DNA of 64,000 nt from Candidatus Margulisiibacteriota bacterium (lineage in GTDB: Bacteria > Margulisbacteria > WOR-1 > O2-12-FULL-45-9 > XYB2-FULL-48-7): the NCBI GenBank assembly GCA_025453605.1, contig JALOPZ010000002.1, forward strand, positions 132,631-196,630. The letters run 5' to 3'. Under the pieces are notes generated by a model. The model searched no databases. It saw nothing but the letters and a program-made list of their open reading frames with translations, and was not told the origin of the DNA. Positions 55,702-64,000 of the stretch are shown one piece after another. A program made the position numbers and the translations under genes. Position 1 is the first letter of the stretch, and each line of letters starts with the position of its first letter.

Positions 55702-56181
55702 ATGGCCAGAGCACCCAAGCCGGGCAAAAAATTCAAATACGATCTGACCGCGGTCCTCAAGGTCCGCGAGATCCGCGAGAAGAAGGAACAGGAAAAGTTC
55801 GCGGAGAAGAACCGCGAGTACCTGACGGAGAAGCAGCGGGAAGAGGCGATCGCCGCCGAAAAGCGGGGGAAGGAAGAGGAGCTGCGCGGGGTCTTTCGCC
55901 AGGGGCCGATCGCCAATTTCCACAAGGTTTTGCAGCGGCGGGCCCACCTGGACGTGCTCAAAGACGATCTGGCCGAGCAGGTCGATAAGGTGATCGAAGC
56001 GAGCAAGCGGCTGGAAGAGCAGCGAGCCAAACTGGTCGAAGCGGTCAAAGATAAGAAGATCATGGAAAAACACAAAGAAAAGAAGCTGGATGAATACAAT
56101 AAGCTGATGTCAGGGCTGGAAATGAAATTTATGGACGAGATCGCGACCCAGCGGTTTAAGCGCGGGAAAGAGCCTTCGTAA
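55702..56181 (+). CDS. fliJ: FliJ/SctO-like coiled-coil protein
   Basis: [13 protein letters not shown]-terminus, coiled coil, MDEIA C-terminus; follows fliI. Confidence 0.8.
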   Translation: MARAPKPGKKFKYDLTAVLKVREIREKKEQEKFAEKNREYLTEKQREEAIAAEKRGKEEELRGVFRQGPIANFHKVLQRRAHLDVLKDDLAEQVDKVIEASKRLEEQRAKLVEAVKDKKIMEKHKEKKLDEYNKLMSGLEMKFMDEIATQRFKRGKEPS

Positions 56182-56356
56182 CTTTACCCGCCTTCAGGCA
56201 TTTGGTACAGACGTATTCCTTCAGCTTTTTCCCCTTAACGAGGATCTGCACCTTCTGGAGATTGGGCAGCCAGCGGCGTTTGGTCTTCCGGTTGGAGTGG
56301 GAAACGCTGTTCCCGACCACCGGTTTTTTATCGCAAATAAAGCACTTTCGGCTCAT
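56156..56356 (-). CDS. rpmB: 50S ribosomal protein L28 (Zn-binding type)
   Basis: MSRKCFIC...[19 protein letters not shown]...CTKC. Confidence 0.96.
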   Translation of the reverse strand: MSRKCFICDKKPVVGNSVSHSNRKTKRRWLPNLQKVQILVKGKKLKEYVCTKCLKAGKVTKALSRA

Positions 56357-58320
56357 AACCTTACTATGATAGAATATTTTGACTGCGATGTCAATTATCA
56401 AGCTGGAGACCCCCCTCCAGTATCTTAAGGGGGTCGGACCGAGGCTGGCGGCGATCTTTGCCAAGGTCGGCGTCCGGACGATCGAAGATCTTCTCTATTT
56501 TGTTCCCCGCGCTTACGAGGACCGCCGTAATCTCCTGCCGATCGTTAAGGTCCGGCCGAACGAGCTGGTCGTGGTCAAGGGGGATATCCTCAGGGTAGAG
56601 TCGCAGCGGACGCGGAGCCGCTTTTCTGTCCTCAAGGTTTACCTGAGCGACAAGACGGCAACCATTCAGGCGGTCTGGTTCAACCAGCCGTATCTGACCA
56701 AGCTCTTCCGCCGGGGGGTGCGGCTGATCGTCTCCGGCAAGGTCGAGTATTCCCAGTACGACGGGTTGCTGCAGCTGCAGGTCCGCGATTTTGAGATCGA
56801 TACCGGTGAAACCTTGCCGATCGTCCCCAAATATCACCTGACGGAAGGGCTCTACCCGAAGAAACTGCGGGCGGTCATTGCCAGCGCCCTGGCGCTCGGT
56901 CTGCCGCTTTTGACCGACGAAAAAATCCGCGCCGCGCTGCTTGCTCTGCACCAGCCCAAAGAGTTGACCGTGATCGAGCCGGCGCGGCAATATCTCGCTT
57001 ACGAAGAGCTCTTCCTCTTTCAACTCGGCATTCTCCTTAACCGCCAGCGCTACCATGAAGAACTGCAGGGGAAGGTCCTGGCGATCGCGGAGAGCGACCG
57101 GGCCGAATTTCAGGCCAGCCTTTCTTTTAAATATACCGCCGCCCAGCAGCGGGTGCTGGAAGAGATCGTCGTTGACCTGCGCTCCGGCCGCCCGATGAAC
57201 CGGCTGCTGCAGGGGGACGTCGGTTCCGGCAAAACGGTGATCGCCGCGGAGGCCGCTTATCTGACCGTCCGCAACGGTCTGCAGGCGATCGTCCTGGCCC
57301 CGACCGAGATTCTGGCTAACCAGCATTACAAAAAAATGACCGAACTGCTCAAGCCGCTGAAATGCCGCGTCGCGCTGCTGACCGCGGCCACTTCGTCGGA
57401 GGAGCAGCGGGCCAAAGTGTTCAAGGCTGACGTGATCGTCGGCACGCACGCCCTGCTGGAAGAGAACGTCAGGCTGCGCGAGCTGGGGCTGGTGGTGATC
57501 GATGAACAGCACCGCTTTGGCGTCCACCAGCGGGCGGCGCTGATCAAAAAAGGGAGCGCCCCGCATACGCTGGTGATGACGGCGACGCCGATCCCGCGCT
57601 CGCTCGCCCTGACGCTCTACGGCGACCTCGACCGCTCGGTGATCGACGAGCTGCCGCCCGGCCGGACGGCGATCAAAACTTACTACGTGCCGGAGAGCAA
57701 GCGAAGCGGCGCCAACGATTTTATCCGGCACAAGATCAGCGAAGGGCGGCAGGTCTTTGTTGTCTGCCCGCTCGTTGAAGAATCAAGCGAGCTCGACTTA
57801 AAGGCGGCCGAGGGGGAAGCGGAGCGGCTGCAAAAGCAGGTGTTCCCCGAGTTCCAGGTCGGCCTGATCCACGGCCGGCTTAAAAGCGACGAGAAAGAGG
57901 CGATCATGAAAGCCTTTCTCAAGAACAAGCTTCAGCTCCTGGTCTCGACCACGGTGATCGAAGTCGGGATCGATGTTCCCAACGCCACGGTGATGGTGAT
58001 CGAGCACGCCGAACGCTTTGGTCTGGCTCAGCTCCACCAGTTAAGAGGGCGGGTCGGCCGGGGCGGGCACGAGTCGTACTGTTTTTTGATCGGTAACCCG
58101 AAGACCGAGATCGCCAAAGCCCGGATCAAGGCGATGCTGGAGAGTACTGACGGTTTTAAGATTGCCGAAGAGGATCTCCGCCTGCGGGGGCCGGGCGAGA
58201 TGCTGGGGAGCCGCCAGTCCGGGTTGCCAGACTTCCGCGTCGCTGATATAATCAGGGACGAAAAGCTCCTGCAGACGGCGCGGGCCGCTGCCCGGGAACT
58301 GATCGAAAAAGAGCCGGAAA

Positions 58321-59351
<1,031 letters not shown>

Positions 59352-59353
59352 CC

Positions 59354-59770
59354 ATGGAGATACTGGGGATCCTTGATACGCTGGAATCGGTCATCATCGA
59401 CAGTCCGCGGCTGCCGTTCACCAAAAAGCTGGTCGTTGACGAGGACAAGGTGCTGAAGATCATCGACAAGCTGCGGACGGTCATCAGCAGCGGCGGTGAG
59501 TCGCCGCTGGGCCGGGGCGGCCGGCGGCTGAATGCGGCGGAGGAGACGACCGACAGTGCCGACAGCGAACGACGGCCGCAGCCGGAGAACAAAGCGGTCG
59601 AAGTGATCGAACAGGCGTACCAGATGGCGAAAGAGATCCGGGAAGGGGCCGACAAGTACGCCGATGAAGTGCTGGCCAACCTCGAGGCCACATCGGCCCG
59701 GATCTTACGGACGATCAAGGCGGGACGGGAGCGGCTGAGCAAGACCGTGCCGGCCAAGGCGGAAAAATGA
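59354..59770 (+). CDS. Conserved coiled-coil protein typically downstream of coaD
   Basis: LDTLESVI...P...VDED.....IDKLR and [12 protein letters not shown] pattern. Confidence 0.7.
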   Translation: MEILGILDTLESVIIDSPRLPFTKKLVVDEDKVLKIIDKLRTVISSGGESPLGRGGRRLNAAEETTDSADSERRPQPENKAVEVIEQAYQMAKEIREGADKYADEVLANLEATSARILRTIKAGRERLSKTVPAKAEK

Positions 59771-60483
59771 AACGGGCCGACAGCCGGACGCCGGCCCAGA
59801 TCAGAAAGACCAGGATCGTCCGGAATTACCTGAAATACCCGCACGGTTCTGTCCTGATCGAAATGGGCGATACCAAGGTGATCTGCACGGCGATCGTTCA
59901 GGAGGAAGTGCCCAGACACAAGCGCGGCTCCGGCTCGGGCTGGGTCACCGCCGAATACGCGATGCTTCCCGGCTCGTCCGCCCAGCGGATCCAGCGCGAA
60001 AAGAACCTGAAAGGGCGGACCGCCGAGATCCAGCGGCTGGTCGGCCGCTCGCTCCGCGCGGTCGTCGACCTGAACAAGCTGGGCGAGCGGACGATCATGC
60101 TCGATGCCGACGTCATCCAGGCCGACGGCGGGACCCGGACCGCCTCGATCACCGGCGCTTTTGTCGCCCTCTGCGACGCGGTCAACTGGCTCCGGGCGGA
60201 GGGGAAGATCGACGCCAACCCGATCAGGGAATACCTGGCGGCGGTCAGTGTTGGGGTGGTCAACGGCACGCCGGTCGTCGATCTACCATACGAGGAAGAC
60301 TCGCGGGCTGAAGTCGACATGAACGTGGTGATGACCGAGTCCGGCAAGCTGGTCGAAGTGCAGGGGACAGCCGAGGGCGAGCCTTTTTCACGTAAGACCC
60401 TCGACCAGTTGATCGAGCTGGCAAGCAAGGGGATCGAGCAGCTGATCGCGATCCAGAAGAAAGTGTTAAGAATTAAGGAGTAA
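59767..60483 (+). CDS. rph: Ribonuclease PH
   Basis: [44 protein letters not shown]. Confidence 0.97.
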   Translation: MKRADSRTPAQIRKTRIVRNYLKYPHGSVLIEMGDTKVICTAIVQEEVPRHKRGSGSGWVTAEYAMLPGSSAQRIQREKNLKGRTAEIQRLVGRSLRAVVDLNKLGERTIMLDADVIQADGGTRTASITGAFVALCDAVNWLRAEGKIDANPIREYLAAVSVGVVNGTPVVDLPYEEDSRAEVDMNVVMTESGKLVEVQGTAEGEPFSRKTLDQLIELASKGIEQLIAIQKKVLRIKE

Positions 60484-60492
60484 GGGATAAGT

Positions 60493-61212
60493 ATGAAAGG
60501 AATTATTCTAGCCGGGGGGACGGGTTCGCGGCTTTATCCGCTGACCAAGGTGACGAATAAGCATCTGTTGCCGGTCGGCCGTAAACCGATGATCTATCAC
60601 CCGATCGGCAAGCTGACCGAGGCGGGGATCGAGGAGATACTAATCGTCACCGGGGTGGAACACATGGGCGATATCGTCACTCTGCTCGGGAGCGGCAAGG
60701 AGTTCAAATGCCGCTTTACCTACAAGGTCCAGGACGAAGCGGGGGGGATCGCTCAGGCGCTCGGTCTGGCGGAAAATTTCGTCGGCCAGGACAAAATGGT
60801 TATTATTCTGGGAGACAATATCTTTCAGGACAAGCTGACCCCGTTCGTTAAAAAATTCGACCAGCAGGCTAAAGGGGCCAAGGTGCTGGTCAAAGAAGTG
60901 AGTGACCCGCAGCGTTTTGGCGTGATCGAAATGCAGGGTGACAAAGTTATCTCCATCGAAGAGAAACCGAAACGGCCCAAGAGCGATCTGGCCGTGACCG
61001 GGGTTTATTTCTACGATCACGAGGTCTTCAAGATCGTCCGGAACCTGCGGCCGTCCGGCCGCGGAGAGCTGGAGATCACCGATGTCAACAACGCGTATCT
61101 GAAGCGCGGCGAGCTTACCTACGATATCCTGAGCGGCTGGTGGAGCGATGCCGGGACGTTTGAGTCGCTGGAAAAGGCGACCTTGCTGGCGGAGGGTCGG
61201 ATCAAACTATGA
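60493..61212 (+). CDS. Glucose-1-phosphate thymidylyltransferase (short RfbA/SpsI-type)
   Basis: GIILAGGTGSRLYPLT, EKP, RGELEITD, WSDAGT. Confidence 0.92.
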   Translation: MKGIILAGGTGSRLYPLTKVTNKHLLPVGRKPMIYHPIGKLTEAGIEEILIVTGVEHMGDIVTLLGSGKEFKCRFTYKVQDEAGGIAQALGLAENFVGQDKMVIILGDNIFQDKLTPFVKKFDQQAKGAKVLVKEVSDPQRFGVIEMQGDKVISIEEKPKRPKSDLAVTGVYFYDHEVFKIVRNLRPSGRGELEITDVNNAYLKRGELTYDILSGWWSDAGTFESLEKATLLAEGRIKL

Positions 61213-62219
61213 AGGTGATGGTGACCGGCGGCGCCGGTTTTATCGGCAGCAATTTTATCCGCCACATCCTCAAGGCTCATCCGGATTGGGAAGTGATCAA
61301 TTTCGATAAATTGACCTATGCCGGTAATCTGGAGAATCTGGCCGATCTGGCCAATGATCCGCGGTATTCCTTCGTGCAGGGGGATATTTGCGACCAACAG
61401 GCGGTCGAGGAAGCGATCGCCCGCGTCGGTTGCGGCGGGCTGGTCGTTAATTTCGCGGCCGAAACCCACGTGGACCGCTCGATCGTCTCCGCCGGCTCAT
61501 TCGTCCAGACCGATGTTTTTGGCACCTACAATCTGCTGGAAGCGGTCAAGAAATTCAATGTGGCACGCTACCTGCATATCTCGACCGACGAGGTCTACGG
61601 CAGCCGCGAGACCGGCTCGTTTACCGAAGAGTCCAACCTGGAGCCGAACTCACCGTACGCGGCCTCTAAAGCGGGGGGAGACCTGGTCGTCCGCTCTTAT
61701 TTCCAGACCTTTAAGCTGCCGGTGATCATTACCCGCTCGTCCAACAACTACGGTCCTTATCAGTATCCGGAAAAAGTGATGCCGTTATTCATCACCAACC
61801 TCCTCCAGGGAGAGAAAGTGCCGCTTTACGGCGACGGCAAGAACGTCCGTGATTGGCTGTACGTCGTTGATAACTGTGAAGCGCTCGACCTCGTGCTGCA
61901 AAAGGGGGAGGTTGGCGAAATTTACAATGTCGGCGGCGGCAACGAGCGCGAAAACATCGTGGTCACCAGGCAGATCCTCCTAGAGTTGGGGCTGGGCGAA
62001 GAGATGATCCAGCCGGTTAAGGATCGCCCCGGCCACGATCGCCGCTACTCGATCGACTGTGCCAAGGTGGCGAAACTCGGCTGGCGGCCGCGCACCAGGT
62101 TTGAGGATGGTTTAAAACAGACCGTGGCTTGGTACAAGAACAACCGCGACTGGTGGCTGAAGATCAAGGAGAAGTCGGCCGACTTCAAAAAGTTCTACGC
62201 CGACTGGTATAAAAGGTGA
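61209..62219 (+). CDS. rfbB: dTDP-glucose 4,6-dehydratase
   Basis: GGAGFIGSN, AAETHVDRSI, STDEVYG, YAASK, DRPGHDRRY. Confidence 0.96.
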   Translation: MKVMVTGGAGFIGSNFIRHILKAHPDWEVINFDKLTYAGNLENLADLANDPRYSFVQGDICDQQAVEEAIARVGCGGLVVNFAAETHVDRSIVSAGSFVQTDVFGTYNLLEAVKKFNVARYLHISTDEVYGSRETGSFTEESNLEPNSPYAASKAGGDLVVRSYFQTFKLPVIITRSSNNYGPYQYPEKVMPLFITNLLQGEKVPLYGDGKNVRDWLYVVDNCEALDLVLQKGEVGEIYNVGGGNERENIVVTRQILLELGLGEEMIQPVKDRPGHDRRYSIDCAKVAKLGWRPRTRFEDGLKQTVAWYKNNRDWWLKIKEKSADFKKFYADWYKR

Positions 62220-62239
62220 TGGCGACCTAAAGGTCGCCG

Positions 62240-63235
62240 CTACTGAGCCTGAACGGCCGTTATGGCCGTGATATTGACGATGTCGTCGACGCTGCAGCCC
62301 CGGGAGAGATCGTTGACCGCCTTGGCTTCCCCCTGTAATAAAGGACCGAACGCCTGCGCTCTGGCCAGCCGTTCGGTGATCTTGTAACCGATATTGCCGG
62401 CGTCGAGGTCAGGGAAGATCAGGATATTGGCTTGACCGGCGACCAGGCTTCCCGGTGCCTTGCGCTGGCCGATCGCCGGGATCAGCGCGGCGTCAAACTG
62501 CAGTTCGCCGTCGATCAGCAGTTCCGGCCGTTTGCTCTTGGCCAGTTTGGTGGCGGCGATGACCTTGTCCACGTCCGGATGGACAGCTGAGGTCTTGGTG
62601 GAGAAAGAGAGCATGGCGAGGCGCGGCTCGCTCCCCATCAGCTTGATGTACGACTCGGCGGTTTGCACGGCGATATCGGCCAGCTGTTCCGCGGTCGGGT
62701 TGGGGACAACGCCGCAGTCGGCGTAGAAGAGCACCCCGTCGTCGCCGAACTGCTTATCCCTGAGGACCATGACGAAAAAGCTGGAGATGATCGACTGGCC
62801 CGGCGCCTTGCCGATGCAGTCGATCGTCGCCCGCAGCGTATCGGCGGTGAAATGGGTCGCGCCGCTGACCATCCCGTCGGCCTCGCCCCGTTCGACCAGC
62901 ATGGCGCCGAAGTAGGGGTAGTCGCGGGTCAACAGGTGGCGGGCTTTCTCGATCGTCATCCCTTTGGCGGCGCGTTTCTCTTTGAGCAGTTGAACGTACT
63001 TGTCCAGGTTCGGGTGTTTGAGCGGATCGATGATCTGGCAGCCGGAGAGGTCGACATCGCCGGCTCCGGCGACCGCCTTCATTGCCGTTTCTGCGCCGAT
63101 CAGGACGACCCGGGCCAGCTTGGACTGGGTGATCAGTTCCGCGGCTTTCAGGACGCGGGCGTCTTCGGTCTCGGGGAGGACGATCGTTTTGCTGAGTTTC
63201 TTGGCCTTGGTCCAGGTTTCTTGTATAAAATCCAC
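62240..63235 (-). CDS. pta: Phosphate acetyltransferase
   Basis: IVLPE, AMLSFST, DGELQFDAA, FPDLDAGNIGYK, NDLSRGC. Confidence 0.96.
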   Translation of the reverse strand: MDFIQETWTKAKKLSKTIVLPETEDARVLKAAELITQSKLARVVLIGAETAMKAVAGAGDVDLSGCQIIDPLKHPNLDKYVQLLKEKRAAKGMTIEKARHLLTRDYPYFGAMLVERGEADGMVSGATHFTADTLRATIDCIGKAPGQSIISSFFVMVLRDKQFGDDGVLFYADCGVVPNPTAEQLADIAVQTAESYIKLMGSEPRLAMLSFSTKTSAVHPDVDKVIAATKLAKSKRPELLIDGELQFDAALIPAIGQRKAPGSLVAGQANILIFPDLDAGNIGYKITERLARAQAFGPLLQGEAKAVNDLSRGCSVDDIVNITAITAVQAQ

Positions 63236-63303
63236 TTTAATGTAACCCTCTCTCTAAATTATTTCCCTCGGGCTCATCTCTCTAATGGGAAAACGGAATT
63301 GAA

Positions 63304-63999
63304 TTATTTTACCACAAGCTCGTAGCGGCGGCTACCGAGCCCGAGCGATTCGGCGTAGGCGAGCTGAGCGCTCCAGTCAACCTCGGGGTAAAGAGCGCGG
63401 AAGATATCTTTGCCGGCCGCCCGGTTAACCAGGTCAGCCGCCGCCTGGTCGCTGGCGACCGGATCGGTCGTGACCAGGACACCGAGGTCGGGGACGATCG
63501 GCGGGTCGTTATGCGGATAACAGTCACAGGCCGGGGAGACAGCAGTGATAAAGGTGACATAGCCGGCCCTTTTTCCTTTGACCGCGCCGTCAGCGTATTC
63601 CACGATCCGCTCCTGGACCGAAGCGGACGACCCGAACCAACAGGCTTCCAGGGTCTGGTTGCGCCGGCAGGTTTTGCTCTCCGGGCAGCGCGGGCAGTCC
63701 TGATGCATTTTTAGTTTGCCCAAACGGGTGCCGCAGCCCATGCCGAGATTTTTGAGTGTCCCCCCGAAACCGGTCACCTCGTGCCCCTTGAAGTGGGTCA
63801 GGGCGATCAGCGTTCCGGTCCGGGCGATCGGGCCGCCCAGGTAGACTTGCCGGAAATGTTTCCTCTTGATCTCGACCGCGACCTGATCGCTCTCTTCCGG
63901 GATAACGGCATCGGCGCCGGCCCGCTCCAAAAAGTACCCGTGGTCGCGGGCGACATCAAGGTGGGTGCTGGTCTGCTGGCGCGGTCCGCGGTAGAGGGT
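63304..63999 (-). CDS. DUF362 family Fe-S protein (5'-truncated by window edge)
   Basis: TLYRG.R...HL..A..HG, HFKGH..GFGG.LKNLGMGC, CDC, DPVASDQA. Confidence 0.85.
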   Translation of the reverse strand, partial: TLYRGPRQQTSTHLDVARDHGYFLERAGADAVIPEESDQVAVEIKRKHFRQVYLGGPIARTGTLIALTHFKGHEVTGFGGTLKNLGMGCGTRLGKLKMHQDCPRCPESKTCRRNQTLEACWFGSSASVQERIVEYADGAVKGKRAGYVTFITAVSPACDCYPHNDPPIVPDLGVLVTTDPVASDQAAADLVNRAAGKDIFRALYPEVDWSAQLAYAESLGLGSRRYELVVK

Positions 64000-64000
64000 A

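Noticed and set aside
62220..62238. GGCGACCT-AA-AGGTCGCC hairpin between rfbB and pta
   Set aside because: Single copy with no T-run; at most a bidirectional pause or terminator between convergent genes.

Overview
A 64-kb, gene-dense, GC-rich chromosomal segment from a diderm, probably anaerobic bacterium. The group 4 NiFe hydrogenase, Na+-type pyrophosphatase, pta, the Terrabacteria-like rpmB-recG-rsmD-coaD order and TolC/FlgH/FlgI suggest a Saganbacteria/Margulisbacteria-like lineage; this is inference only. Contents in order: end of a membrane-bound group 4 hydrogenase operon; envelope genes, including a 941-aa duplicated and apparently circularly permuted L,D-transpeptidase-like protein and two paralogous beta-barrel-like proteins; a DEAD-box helicase; a LolCDE-like ABC operon interrupted by a 1.73-kb AT-rich island; otsA-otsB-DUF5752-treT behind a riboswitch-like leader; ECF sigma/anti-sigma/Spy/TolC/MacAB; M13 peptidase; JAB protein; hppA; three tRNAs; pyrR; a UvrD-nuclease fusion; a non-coding segment bounded by inverted dif-like sites; rmuC; a 15-gene flagellar basal-body/export cluster with a truncated FliG; rpmB, recG, rsmD, coaD, rph, rfbA-like, rfbB, pta and DUF362. 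Top candidates for novelty: (1) the island at 15540-17267, with ~90-bp terminal inverted repeats, a TA target duplication, no transposase, repeat-bracketed cargo genes and a DUF559 endonuclease; (2) a possibly non-motile flagellum-derived secretion system with its own sigma-28-like factor and candidate substrates; (3) the permuted tandem L,D-transpeptidase; (4) the inverted dif-like module. All calls come from reading the sequence by eye; no searches were run.
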